DNA of 64,000 nucleotides. Origin: Anaeramoeba ignava BMAN. Taxonomy: Eukaryota > Protista > Anaeramoebae. The first letter of the stretch is position 1. Every line of letters begins with the position of its first letter. Location of the stretch: NCBI GenBank assembly GCA_028826165.1, contig JAPDFW010000062.1, forward strand, positions 155,644-219,643, in the 5' to 3' direction. A program made the translations under genes and the position numbers. Below the pieces are notes generated by a model. That model saw only the letters and a program-made list of their open reading frames with translations. It did no database searches and had not been told where the DNA came from. Positions 27,990-44,600 of the stretch are shown piece by piece.

Positions 27990-30900
27990 ATGAATAAAAA
28001 CAATAAAACAAAAACACAAGAAAAAAACCAACAACAAAATCAACCAAAAAAACAAGAAAAACCAAAATTTGCCAAAAAATTTGAAACAAAAGGTAATTTT
28101 TAAAAACTATTCCAAAAAAGAAGAAAAATATGATTATAATTTTAATTTTAATTTCAATTTTAATTTATAATAAAGATAAAAAAGAATATTATGGACCAGA
28201 TATTGATTTATCAACTCCAATAAAAAATCAGAAAAAGGAAAATATTCAAATTCCTTTCTTTTTAAATATTGATGGAGAATTTTTAGATATTTATTTACAA
28301 AAAGTTGGAGATTTGAAAAACATTCAAAACAAAATTAAACAAAAATATTCACAAGAAATTCAAAAAGAAAAAGAAAAAGAAATGAAAAAAAAAATTAAAA
28401 AAAAGCAAAATATTTTATTAAAAAACATTCCTCAAAATTATCAAAATTTACCGCCTTTTCCTTTAATTGATAATTATAAAAATTACAGTGATTATGAACA
28501 AGCTGTTCTTGATTGGAAAGCAAATGTTGAAAAAATAGTTGGTTTTGCAAAATTACCTCATATGATGGGAAGAGTTTATCCTCGACCATTTTTAAATCAA
28601 GACAAAGTAAAAAATTAAAATTCATTTATAAAATCAAAATTAAAATTAAAATCAAAATTAAAATTAATTTATAAAATTAAAATTCATTTATAAAATTAAT
28701 TTATAAAATTAAAATTAAAATTAAAATTAAAATTAAAATTAAAATTAAAATTAAAATTAAAATTAAAATTAAAATTAAAATTAAAATTAATATTAAAATT
28801 CATTTACAAAATTAAAACTAAAATTAAAATTAAAATTAAAATTAAAATTAATATTAAAATTCAAATTAAAATTAATATTAAAATTCAAATTAAAATTCAA
28901 ATTAAAATTAAAATTAAAATTAAAATTTAAATTAAAATTCATTTATAAAATTAAAATTCATTTATAAAATTAAAAATTAAAATTAAAACTAAAATTAAAA
29001 TTAAAATTCATTTTATAAAATTAATTTATAAAATTGAAATTTAAATTAAAATTAAAATTAAAATTAAAATTCAAATTAATTTATATAAAATTAAAATTAA
29101 AATTAAAATTAAAATTAAAATTAAAATTAAAATTAAAATTCATTTATAAAATTAAAATTAAAATTAAAATTAAAATTCAAATTAAAATTAAAATTAAATT
29201 CATTTATAAAATTAAAATTAATATTAAAATTCATTACAAAATTAAAATTAATTTTAAAATTAAAATTAAAATTAAAATTAAAATAAAATTAAAATTAAAA
29301 TTCATTTATAAAATTAAAATTAAAATTCATATTAAAATTCATTTATAAAATTAAAATTAAAATTAAAATTAAAATTAAAATTAAAATTAAAATTAAAAAT
29401 AAAATTAAAATTAAAATTCAAATTAAAATTAAAATTAAAATTAAAATTAAAAATTAAAATTAAAATTAAAAATAAAATTAAAATTAAAATTCATTTATAA
29501 AATTAAAATTAAAATTAATATCAAAATTAAAAATTAAAATTAATATCAAAATTAAAATTCATTTATAAAATTAAAATTAAAATTAAAATTAAAATTAAAA
29601 TTAAAATTAAAAATCAAAATTAAAATTAAAATTAAAATTAAAATTCATTTATAAAATTAAAAAATTTATAAAATTAAAATTAAAATTAAAATTAAAATTA
29701 AAATTAAAATCAAAATTAAAATTAAAATTAAAATTAAAATTAAAATCAAAATTAATTTATAAAATTAATATCAAAATTAAAATTAATATTAAAATTAAAA
29801 TTAAAATTAAAATTAAAATTCATTTATAAAATTAAAATTAAAATCAAAATTAAAATTAAAATTAAAATTAAAATTAAAATTAAAATTAATATTAAAATTA
29901 AAATTAAAATTCATTTTAATATTAATATTAATATAAAAAATTAATATTAAAAAGACTGAAATTGAAGACCAAGAAAGATCATCAGGAACTGACTCTGGTA
30001 GAACATCAAGTGATATTAGAAGAACATCTAGTGGTCATAAAAATCCTATCCCAAAAATAGGAAATTTATCACATATATCCCAATTTACAAAATCTCAAAA
30101 AGAAATTGAAGATATTAAAATTGTAAAAAAAAAAAAATAAAAACAAAAAAGATTTTTAATTTAAAAAATTAATTTGAAATAATTTAGGATGAAAATGAAA
30201 AAGAAAAAGGTCCTCCAAAATTTTATCCAGAAACAGAATTAGTTATGAAAGAAAATGAAAGTTGGAAAAACCAATTAATTATTCCTCCACCTGAAGTTGA
30301 TTACTTTAATACTTTTGAAGGTTATTTTTATTTTTATTTATTTATTTTTATTTATTTATCATTTTCATTTATATAATTTTAGAATACGAACAAGCAAATA
30401 TTAATTGGGCAAAACTCGTTTTAAATCAAAATAAACTTATTCCTCTTCATCCAAAACAATTTCATGATTTATATAGTATTAAAACTGTTGTTGAAATTGA
30501 AGAAATTCAGAAAAAAAAAAAAGAAAAAGAAAATGCAATTTTGTTTCGAGTAATTTTTCAAAATCAAACAGACAAAAAATATTCTTAATTATATATAATT
30601 TTTTTTCCACTGTAATTCAGGAAAGAACAAAAACAAAAAGAACAAAGCAAATTAATACTCGAAATGACTTCAATGATTGGAAAGAAAAAATCGATATGAT
30701 AAATAATTATTATTCAAATAATTATGGAAAATTTGCAATTGAAAATGTGAGGTTTATTTTGACAGGGAAAAATTTAAGACAAAGAAACGAGGAAGAGTAT
30801 TTAAAAGAAAAGGAAAGAAAAAGACTAGAATTTGAAAAGGAGATGAAAAGAATTGAAAACGAAAAGAAGCAAATCAAAGACAATGAAGAAACAGAAATGC

Positions 30901-33812
30901 TTATGAAACACAGTAATACAGAAAATGTACATAAGAATTTATCCAAACTGACACAAAAAAAAGAGGGAATTGGAATTTGGAAGAAACTGAAAGAAGAAAC
31001 CAAAAAGCATATCAAAGATTTTTTTCAAACTATTACTCTTCATACTGAATATAATTTAAGGGAATATAAATCAAGTGTCAAACCAATACTTGGAAAAGTT
31101 CACGGGATTTTCACACTAACTAAACAATCTGGTTCAATTACTTCTTCCTCTATTAATATTCAATCTGAAGGTGTTTGTGCAATTAGAAGAAATGATGTTA
31201 AAGAAACAATTATTCAACGTTCTTTTGATTGTGAACCAGAAATTGAAGTATTGTTTTTTTTTAAAAAAAAAAAAGTAAAAGGATGGTTATTAAATTAATT
31301 CATTTTTATTAAAAAAAAATTTAGAGCAAATCTGTTTTCTTCCAAATTCCTCAACATGATTTAAAAGGAAAAATCAATGTAGCAAATTTTTCGGAAAATA
31401 TTTACAAATTAAGGAAAGAAATTGATCAATTAAGCAATGCTCATGAAATTAACAAATTAAATTCCTTTTATTATCCCAAAAAATTTGATCAAAATGTAAA
31501 AGAAAATTGGAAACAAATTTTTTTCAGATTAATTTATATTAATTTATTTATAGAAAATTAAAAAACAACAAGCAGTAATTGAAGAATTTTCAAAAAACGA
31601 TCAACAATATTTTTTGGCGAATTTACCAAAACTATTTCAATCTGAATTATATTTGGATAGTTTCAGTGAATTATTATCCAAATATCTTGTTCACAAATTT
31701 TCCGAAATTACATTTTCAAATTTTTTCTACTCTTTAACACTACCAGAACAATTTAAAGATATTCTCGAGATATTCCATGATTCTTGTTCTTTACTTACGC
31801 ATGCCAAAGTAAAGCAAATTAAATCAATTTTAATTTAATTTAAATTATTTAATTAAAGCGTAATTTTTTTTTGTTTCCATTTAAACCAAGATTGGCCAAT
31901 TTATTATTGAAGGATTGCAAGGAAATTACGCTCAAGAAATATTTAAGAAATATTGCACAGATTTTGATTATTCTAATTTATTCCATATTGCATATGGAGC
32001 TAATTTATTGGAAAAAATTCCCAGAAAAGTGTTTCCTCCTTATCTTTTCTTGAATTATTATGTTTGCTATTTAAAAACAAAATGAGAGAAAAAAGTTTTT
32101 TTTGATTTATTATTATTATTGTTTTTTTGGAATTTATTATAATTTAGAAATCTCCATTTAGAAATTATGAAGTTGAAAAAACAATTCTTTCACATTATTA
32201 TCTCTCAATTATTCAACAAAAAATTTCTGATCAATCACAAGGATTTCTTTTTGTTGGAGTTTCAAGAAGCATTCCCCAATTAATTTCGAATATGAAAAAT
32301 ACTATGATTCAAATGGCAAGTATAAATATTCCATTTCTTCAGAATGATTTATTTGAAGGAATTAAATCAAAAAGCTCGATGATTTCTAGTTATTATTGCT
32401 TAATTTTAGAGCATTTAGTCGGAATTGATGATGATTCATTGATTGTAATTTTTAATTTTTAAAATAAAATATATTAAATAATATCTTCTTCTTCTTCTTC
32501 TTGTTTATGATAGAAACTCCTTCAAAATCCAAAAATCAATTTGTTGGAAAATATCCGCATTTTCTCAAAACATAAATTTAGCCACATAAAATTTTGTATC
32601 CAAAAAATTTGGCATAAACTAATAAACATTCAAGCATGGAGAAATCACATTTCGGTGCAATATTCCTCTTCATATTCCAAACTAATTGAAGATTTGGAAA
32701 ATCCACAAAAAGATCTCAATGAAAATCCAAAAGTTCCTTTGATGGTCGTTTTGCTCACCGAATTCTTTAGAATGGTTTTCTCCAAAAAAATTGAAAACAA
32801 TTACGACTCAGAATCACTCCAACTTTTAAGAAGCAAATTCTTTTATGATATTGTAGCAAGAATCAAAAGAGATATTGATTCGAATTCAACAACAAATACA
32901 TTGATTTATTTATCCAAAATACTAGTTTTGATGCAAAAAGCGTTTGACAAGTTCCAATTAATAACAGGAACAAAAGAAAACAAGATCCAAATTGACGAGA
33001 AGAAGCAATTCCTGGAAATCAACTTGTCGTTTCTGAACACAATTATTGATATTTTATTGCGGGCTCCACAATCACTTAATCAAATGAAATACAATTTTAT
33101 TGTTTTATTAAGAAGACTACTTGAAAACCAATCAGTATTCCAAATTGTGGAGGACGAAAGAGACTTCTTTACTCATTTATCCTCTTTATTCCGCAGCATG
33201 ACAGAAGACAAAATTTGCAGAGAATTGTGGGGAATCTTTTTCGATTCAATTGCTTATCATTCAGGACTTGTTTCAAAACTAGGGAATCTTAATGTCCTAT
33301 CTGGTTTGCTTCAATGGATTTCAAGTGTTTCACATCCTTGCATTATTATTTATGGATTGAAAACTCTGAATCACATTCTAAATTTGGATCGCTTGAAAGA
33401 TGAAGCGCTTTCCAAAAAAATACTTAAAATGAGAAATTCTTCAAAAAAACCGTTTAAAGATGACTTGAAATTTTTCACTGATTTTTTTGAGAAAAATAAA
33501 TGCTTTGTTAATATTCATATGATCTTTAAAAAATTTGAAAATCAAAAAGGAACAATATTTTCAGTAATTTAAATTTAAAATTTTAAAATTCAAAATTATT
33601 TAATTTAATTTAATTTTATTATTTAGATTTTAAGTCAAATTTATTTAACAATTTTCGAAAATCAAAATTGCAAAAAAATTTTTGCTGAAATTAAAAAAAA
33701 TGAAAGTTATGTTGAAGGATTTGAAACATTTTCAACATTTTTTACTGATCAAAAAAGGAAAAAATTTGGTACAATTAAGAAGAAAAAAAGTCAAAAACAC
33801 AAACAAAATTAA
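27990..33812 (+). CDS. Large multi-exon protein, tentatively Sca1/ScaA scaffold-like, with a helical C-terminal half
   Basis: Many GT-AG-joined coding blocks from ATG 27990 to TAA 33812; two copies of a P.P....Y..Y..YEQA...W motif; family assignment is from recollection only. Confidence 0.55.
28610..29950. repeat. (AAAATT)n satellite filling intron 28607-29954
   Basis: Direct inspection. Confidence 0.93.
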
Positions 33813-33822
33813 TTTTTTTTTT

Positions 33823-33872
33823 TTTCATTTTTTCATTTTTTTCATTTTTTCATTTTTTCATTTTTCATTTCA
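33823..33872 (+). promoter_or_regulatory. Tandem TCATTTT initiator-like motifs upstream of RBM42 (example of a window-wide motif)
   Basis: Multiple TCATTT copies shortly before the ATG; the same motif precedes most start codons in the window. Confidence 0.5.
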
Positions 33873-33887
33873 AATAAAAAATATTAA

Positions 33888-35511
<1,624 letters not shown>

Positions 35512-35682
35512 TTTAATAAATAAATTAATAAATAAAAAATGGTTTTATTTTTCCTTTTTTTCCTTTTTTATTTTATTTTTCCTTTTTTTCCTTTTTTATT
35601 TTTTTCATTTTTTTCCTTTTTTATTTTTAAAAAAGAAACAAACAAACAAACAAACAAACAAACAAACAAACAAATAAATAAA

Positions 35683-38600
35683 ATGAATTCAGCAGTAAAT
35701 TCAACAACAACAAAACAAATAGAAAATTTAAGTAAAACAAAATAACAAAATAACAAAATAACAAAATAAAAAAATAACAAAATAAAAAAAAATAATTTTT
35801 AACTCTTTTTATTTCCTTTTTTTTAATTTTATTTAAATTTTTAGAACAATTACCATTAAAAGATTTATTTGATTTAATGATTAATTTCTCAAATGATGAA
35901 AATATTCAAGAACAACTTATTCTTGAAATAAGAAAGAGATCCAAATACAAAAGTAAATTCAAATTCAAAATCAAATTCAAAATCAAAATCAAAATCAAAA
36001 TCAAAATCAAAATCAAAATCAAAATCAAAATCAAAATCAAAATCAAAATCAAAATCAAAATCAAAATCAAAATCAAAATCAAAATCAAAATCAAAATCAA
36101 AATCAAAATCAAAATCAAAATCAAAATCAAAATCAAAATCAAAATCAAAATCAAAATCAAAATCAAAAAATCAAAATCAAAATCAAAATCAAAATCAAAA
36201 TCAAAATCAAAATCAAAATCAAAATCAAAATCAAAATCAAAATCAAAATCAAAATCAAAATCAAAAAATTAAATTATATTTTTTATTGAAATAAAAATAG
36301 AAAATGCAAATGAAATTGTTGAATTAAAAGGAATTGAAATAATAATTAAATCAATGAATAATTTCTCAAATAATCAAGATATTCAAGAAAATGGATGTTT
36401 CGCTTTAGCAAATATTGCTCTTGAAGAAAGTAAATTTATTTTTCTTAAATCAAAATCAAAATCAAAATCAAAAATCAAAATTAAAATCAAAATCAAAATC
36501 AAAATCAAAATCAAAATCAAAATCAAAATCAAAATCAAAATCAAAATCAAAATCAAAATCAAAATCAAAATCAAAATCAAAATCAAAATCAAAATCAAAA
36601 TCAAAATCAAAATCAAAATCAAAATCAAAATCAAAATCAAAATCAAAATCAAAATCAAAATCAAAAATCAAAATCAAAAATCAAAAATCAAAATCAAAAA
36701 AAAAAATCAAAATCAAAATCAAAAATCAAAATCAAAATCAAAATCAAAAATCAAAATCAAAATCAAAAAAAAATCAAAATCAAAATCAAAAATCAAAATC
36801 AAAAATCAAAAATCAAAATTCAAAATCAAAATTAAAATCAAAATCAAAATCAAAATCAAAATCAAAATCAAAATCAAAATCAAAATCAAAATCAAAATCA
36901 AAATCAAAATCAAAATCAAAATCAAAATCAAAATCAAAATCAAAATCAAAATCAAAATCAAAAATCAGAATCAAAAATCAAAAATCAAAATCAAAATCTA
37001 GAAATCAAAAATCAAAATCAAAATCAAAAATCAAAATCAAAAAAAAAAAATAAAAAATCAAAATCAAATTCAAAATCAAAACAAAAATCAAAATCAAAAA
37101 TCAAAATTAAATCAAAAATCAAAAATCAAAATCAAAATCAAAATCAAAATCAAAAACTCAAAATCAAAAAAATCAAAATCAAAATCAAAATCAAAATCAA
37201 AATCAAAATCAAAATCAAAATCAAAATCAAAATCAAAATCAAAATCAAAATCAAAATCAAAATCAAAATCAAAATCAAAATCAAAATCAAAATCAAAATC
37301 AAAATCAAAATCAAAATCAAAATCAAAATCAAAATCAAAATTAAAATCAAAATCAAAAAATAAATTATATTTTTTATTGAAATAAAAATAGAAAATGCAA
37401 ATGAAATTGTTGAATTAAAAGGAATTGAAATAATAATTAAATCAATGAATAATTTCCCAAATAATCAAGATATTCAAGAAAATGGATGTTTAGCTTTAGC
37501 AAATATTGCTCTTGGAAATGAAAGTAAATTTATTTTTCTTAAATCAAAATCAAAATCAAAATCAAAATCAAAATCAAAATCAAAATCAAAATCAAAATCA
37601 AAATCAAAATCAAAATCAAAATCAAAATCAAAATCAAAATCAAAATCAAAATCAAAATCAAAATCAAAATCAAAATCAAAAATCAAAATCAAAATCAAAA
37701 TCAAAATCAAAAATCAAAATCAAAAATCAAAATCAAAATCAAAATCAAAATCAAAATCAAAATAAAAATCAAAATCAAAATCAAAATCAAAATCAAAATC
37801 AAAATCAAAATCAAAAATCAAAATCAAAATCAAAATCAAAAATCAAAAATATTCAAGAAAATCAAAAATCAAAATCAAAATTCAAAATTCCAAATTTATT
37901 TTTGAAAAATCAAAATCAAAATCAAAATCAAAATCAAAATCAAAATCAAAATCAAAATCAAAATTCAAAATCAAAATCAAAATTCAAAATCAAAATCAAA
38001 ATCAAAATCAAATCAAAATCAAAATCAAAATCAAAATCAAAATCAAAATCAAAATCAAAATCAAAATCAAAATCAAAATCAAAATCAAAATCAAAATCAA
38101 AATCAAAATCAAAATCAAAATCAAAATCAAAATCAAAATCAAAATCAAAATCAAAAAATAAATTATATTTTTTATTGAAATAAAAATAGAAAATAGAAAT
38201 AAAATTGTTGAATTAAAAGGAATTGAAATAATAATTAAATCAATGAATAATTTCCCAAATAATCAAAATATTCAAGAAAATGGATGTTTAGCTTTAGCAA
38301 ATATTGCTGTTGAAGAAAGTAAATTTATTTTTCTTAAATAATCAAAATCAAAATCAAAATCAAAATCAAAATCAAAATCAAAATCAAAATCAAAATCAAA
38401 ATCAAAATCAAAATCAAAATCAAAATCAAAATCAAAATCAAAATCAAAATCAAAATCAAAATCAAAATCAAAATCAAAATCAAAATCAAAATCAAAATCA
38501 AAATCAAAATCAAAATCAAAATCAAAATCAAAATCAAAATCAAAATCAAAATCAAAATCAAAATCAAAAAATAAATTATATTTTTTATTGAAATAAAAAT

Positions 38601-41600
38601 AGAAAATAGAAATGAAATTGTTGAATTAAAAGGAATTGAAATAATAATTAAATCAATGAATAATTTCCCAAATAATCAAGATATTCAAAAAAATGGATGT
38701 TTAGCTTTAGGGAATATTGCTGTTGAAGAAAGTAAATTTATTTTTCTTAAATCAAAATCAAAATCAAAATCAATCAAAAAATCAAAAAAAAATCAAAATC
38801 AAAATCAAAATCAAAATCAAAATCAAAATCAAAATCAAAATCAAAATCAAAATCAAAATCAAAATCAAAATCAAAATCAAAATCAAAATCAAAATCAAAA
38901 TTAAAATCAAAATCAAAATCAAAATCAAATTCAAAATCAAAATCAAAAATCAAAATCAAAATCAAAATCAAAAAAAAATAAAATCAATTTTTCAAAAATA
39001 AAAATCAAAATCAAAATAATAATTAAATCAAAAATCAAATTTCTCAAAAAAAAATCAAAATAAAATCAAAATCAAAATCAAAATCAAAATCAAAATCAAA
39101 ATCAAAATCAAAAAAAATTTAAAATCAAAATCAAAATCAAAATCAAAATCAAAATCAAAATCAAAATCAAAATCAAAAAATAAATTATATTTTTTATTGA
39201 AATAAAAATAGAAAATACAAATAAAATTGTTGAATTAAAAGGAATTGAAATAATAATTAAATCAATGAATAATTTCCCAAATAATCAAGATATTCAAAAA
39301 TATGGATGTTTAGCTTTAGCAAATATTGCTGTTGAAATGAAAAGAAAATCAAAATTTATTTTTCAAAATCAAAATCAAAATCAAAATCAAAATCAAAATC
39401 AAAATCAAAATCAAAATCAAAATCAAAATCAAAATCAAAATCAAAATCAAAATCAAAATCAAAATCAAAATCAAAATCAAAATCAAAATCAAAATCAAAA
39501 TCAAAATCAAAATCAAAATCAAAATCAAAAAATAAATTATATTTTTTATTGAAATAAAAATAGAAAATAGAAATAAAATTGTTGAATTAAAAGGAATTGA
39601 AATAATAATTAAATCAATGAATAATTTCTCAAATAATCAAGATATTCAAAAATATGGATGTTTAGCTTTAGCAAATATTGCTTTTGAAGAAAGTAAATTT
39701 ATTTTTCTTAAATAATCAAAATCAAAATCAAAATCAAAATCAAAATCAAAATCAAAATCAAAATCAAAATCAAAATCAAAATCAAAATCAAAATCAAAAT
39801 AAAAATCAAAATCAAAATCAAAATCAAAATCAAAATCAAAATCAAAATTAAAAAATCAAAATCAAAAATCAAAATTTTTTCCCAAAAATCAAAAAATGGA
39901 AATAAAATTGTTGAATTCAAAAAAAAATTTGAAATCAAAAATCAAAATCAAAATAAAATCAAAATCAAAATCAAAATCAAAATCAAAATCAAAATTCAAA
40001 ATTAAAATCAAAATCAAAATCAAAATCAAAATCAAAATCAAAATCAAAATCAAAATCAAAATCAAAATCAAAATCAAAATCAAAATCAAAATCAAAATCA
40101 AAATCAAAATCAAAATCAAAAATTAATTTATATTTTTTATTGAAATAAAAATAGAAAATAGAAATGAAATTGTTGAATTAAAAGGAATTGAAATAATAAT
40201 TAAATCAATGAATAATTTCCCAAATAATCAAAATATTCAAGAAAATGGATGTTTAGCTTTAGCAAATATTTTTGAAGAAAGTAAATTTATTTTTCTTAAA
40301 TAATCAAAATCAAAATCAAAATCAAAATCAAAATCAAAATCAAAATCAAAATCAAAATCAAAATCAAAATAAAAATCAAAATCAAAATCAAAATCAAAAT
40401 CAAAATCAAAATCAAAATCAAAATCAAAATCAAAATCAAAATCAAAATCAAAATCAAAATCAAAATCAAAATCAAAATCAAAAATAAATTATATTTTTTA
40501 TTGAAATAAAAATAGAAAATAGAAATAAAATTGTTGAATTAAAAGGAATTGAAATAATAATTAAATCAATGAATAATTTCTCAAATAATCAAAATATTCA
40601 AAAATATGGATGTTTAGCTTTAGCAAATATTGTTTTTGAAATGAAAGTAAATATATTTTTCTTAAATAATCAAAATTAAAATCAAAATCAAAATCAAATT
40701 CAAAATCAAAATCAAAATCAAAATCAAAAATAAAAATCAAAATCAAAATCAAAATCAAAATCAAAATCAAAATCAAAATCAAAATCAAAATCAAAATCAA
40801 AATCAAAATCAAAATCAAAATCAAAATCAAAATCAAAATCAAAATCAAAAAATTAAATTATATTTTTTATTGAAATAAAAATAGAAAATAAAAATGAAAT
40901 TGTTGAATTAAAAGGAATTGAAATAATAATTAAATCAATGAATAATTTCCCAAAAATCAAAAATCAAAAAATTCAAGAAAATGGATGTTTAAAAATCTTA
41001 CTTTTGAATAAAAGTAAATTTATTTTTCTTAAATCAAAATCAAAAATCAAAAATCAAAATCAAAATCAAAATCAAAATCAAAATCAAAATCAAATTCAAA
41101 ATCAAAATCAAAATCAAAATCAAAATCAAAATCAAAATCAAAATCAAAATCAAAATCAAAATCAAAATCAAAATCAAAAAATCAAAATCAAAATCAAAAT
41201 CAAAATCAAAATCAAAATCAAAATCAAAATCAAAATCAAAATCAAAATCAAAATCAAAATCAAAATCAAAATCAAAAATCAAAAATCAAAAAATTAATTT
41301 ATATTTTTTATTGAAATAAAAATAGAAAATAGAAATAAAATTGTTGAATTAAAAGGAATTGAAAAATAATAATTAAATCAATGAATAATTTTCCAAAATA
41401 ATCAAAATATTCAAAAAATGGATGTTTAGTTTTAGCAAATATTGCTTTTGGAGAAAGTAAATTTATTTTTCTTAAATAATCAAAATCAAAATTAAAATCA
41501 AAAAAATCAAAATCAAAATCAAAAAAATTCAAAATCAAAAATCAAAATCAAAATCAAAATCAAAATCAAAAAAATCAAAATCAAAATCAAAATCAAAATC

Positions 41601-44600
41601 AAAATCAAAATCAAAATCAAAATCAAAAAATCAAAATCAAAATCAAAATCAAAAATAATTATATTTTGAAATTGAAATAGAAAAGAAATGAAAATAAAAT
41701 AAAATCAAAATTAAAAAATTGAATAAAATAATAATCAAGAAAATCAATGAATAATTTTTCCCAAATAATCAAATATTCAAAAAAATGGATGTTTCAAAAT
41801 CAAAATCAAAAATAAAAATTTTTCAAATCAAAATCAAAATAAAAATCAAATCAAAATCAAAATCAAAATCAAAATCAAAATCAAAAATCAAAAATCAAAA
41901 TCAAAATCAAAAAAAATCAAAAAAAATCAAAATCAAAATCAAAAAAATCAAAATCAAAATCAAAATCAAATCAAAATCAAAAAAATCAAAAATCAAAATT
42001 AAAATCAAAATCAAAATCAAAATCAAAAATCAAAAATAATTTATATTTTTTATTGAAATAAAAATAGAAAATAGAAATGAAATTGTTGAATTAAAAGGAA
42101 TTGAAATAATAATTAAATCAATGAATAATTTCCTAAATAATCAAGATATTCAAGAAAATGGATGTTTAGCTTTAGCAAATATTGCTGTTGAAGAAAGTAA
42201 ATTTATTTTTCTTAAATCAAAATCAAAATCAAAATCAAAATCAAAATCAAAATCAAAATCAAAATCAAAATCAAAATCAAAATCAAAATCAAAATCAAAA
42301 TCAAAATCAAAATCAAAATCAAAATCAAAATCAAAATCAAAATCAAAATCAAAATCAAAATCAAAATCAAAATCAAAATCAAAATCAAAATCAAAATCAA
42401 AATCAAAATCAAAATCAAAATCAAAATCAAAATCAAAAATTAATTTATATTTTTTATTGAAATAAAAATAGAAAATAGAAATAAAATTGTTGAATTAAAA
42501 GGAATTGAAATAATAATTAAATCAATGAATAATTTCCCAAATAATCAAAATATTCAAGAAAATGGATGTTTAGCTTTAAGGAATCTTACTATTGAAGAAA
42601 GTAAATTTATTTTTCTTAAATAATCAAAATCAAAATCAAAATCAAAATCAAAATCAAAATCAAAATCAAAATCAAAATCAAAATCAAAATCAAAATCAAA
42701 ATTAAAATCAAAATCAAAATCAAAATCAAAATCAAAATCAAAATCAAAATCAAAATCAAAATCAAAATCAAAATCAAAATCAAAATCAAAATCAAAATCA
42801 AAATCAAAAAATAATTTATATTTTTTATTGAAATAAAAATAGAAAATAGAAATAAAATTGTTGAATTAAAAGGAATTGAAATAATAATTAAATCAATGAA
42901 TAATTTCCCAAATAATCAAGATATTCAAGAAAATGGATGTTTAGCTTTAAGGAATCTTACTATTGAAATGAAAGTAAATTTATTTTTCTTAAAATCATCA
43001 AAAATCAAAAATCAAAATCAAAAATCAAAATCAAAATCAAAATCAAAATCAAAATCAAAATCAAAAATCAAAATCAAAAATTAATTTATATTTTTTATTG
43101 AAATAAAAATAGAAAATAGAAATAAAATTGTCAAAATAAAAGGAATCAAAATAAAAATTAATCAAAATCAAAAATTTCAAAAATCAAAATATTGAAAGAA
43201 AATAGAAAATGTTTGCAAAAGCAAAATAAAATCAAAATGAAATGAAAATGAAAGAAAAATTTATTTTTCTTAAATCAAAAATCAAAAATCAAAAATCAAA
43301 ATCAAAATCAAAAATCAAAAATCAAAAATCAAAATCAAAATCAAAAATCAAAATCAAAATCAAAATCAAAATCAAAATCAAAATCAAAATCAAAATCAAA
43401 AATCAAAATCAAAATCAAAATCAAAATCAAAAAATCAAAATCAAAATCAAAATCAAAATCAAAAAAATCAAAATTAAAATCAAAATCAAAATCAAAATCA
43501 AAATCAAAATCAAAAATCAAAAATCAAAAATCAAAATCAAAAATAAATTTATATTTTTATTGAAATAAAAATAGAAAATAGAAATGAAATTGTTGAATTA
43601 AAAGGAATTGAAATAATAATTAAATCAATGGATAATCAAATAAAAAATCAAAAAAAAAGATATTCAAAAAATATGGATGTTTATTTTTCTTAAATCAAAA
43701 TCAAAATCAAAAATTAAATTCAAAATTTTTCAAAAATTAAATAATCAAAATCAAAATCAAAATCAAAATCAAAATCAAAATCAAGATCCAAAAATCAAAA
43801 TCAAAATCAAAATCAAAATCAAAAAATCAAAATTAAAAATCAAAAATCAAAAATCAAAATCAAAATCAAAATCAAAATCAAAATTAAAAAAAATCAAAAT
43901 CAAAATCAAAATCAAATTCAAATTCAAAATCAAAATCAAAATCAAAAAAAATCAAAATCAAAAATTAATTTATATTTCAAAATCAAAATAAAAATCAAAA
44001 TCAAAATCAAAATCAATTAAAAAATCAAAAATCAAAATCAAAAATCAAAATCAAAAATCAAAATCAAATTCAAAATGCAATTAAAAAATCAAAAATCAAA
44101 ATCAAAAATCAAAATCAAAAATCAAAATCAAATTCAAAATGTAATGTTTAGCTTTCAAAAATTTAAAATCAAAAAATCAAAATTCAAAATCAAAATCAAA
44201 ATCAAAATCAAAATCAAAATCAAAATCAAAATCAAAATCAAAATCAAAATCAAAATCAAAATCAAAATCAAAATCAAAATCAAAATCAAAATCAAAATCA
44301 AAATCAAAAAATTAATTTATATTTTTTATTGAAATAAAAATAGAAAATAGAAATAAAATTGTTGAATTAAAAGGAATTGAAATAATAATTAAATCAATGA
44401 ATAATTTCCCAAATAATCAAGATATTCAAAAAATGGATGTTTAGCTTTAAGGAATCTTACTATTGAAGAAAGTAAATTTATTTTTCTTAAATAATCAAAA
44501 TCAAAATCAAAATCAAAATCAAAATCAAAATCAAAATCAAAATCAAAATCAAAATCAAAATCAAAATCAAAATCAAAATCAAAATCAAAATCAAAATCAA

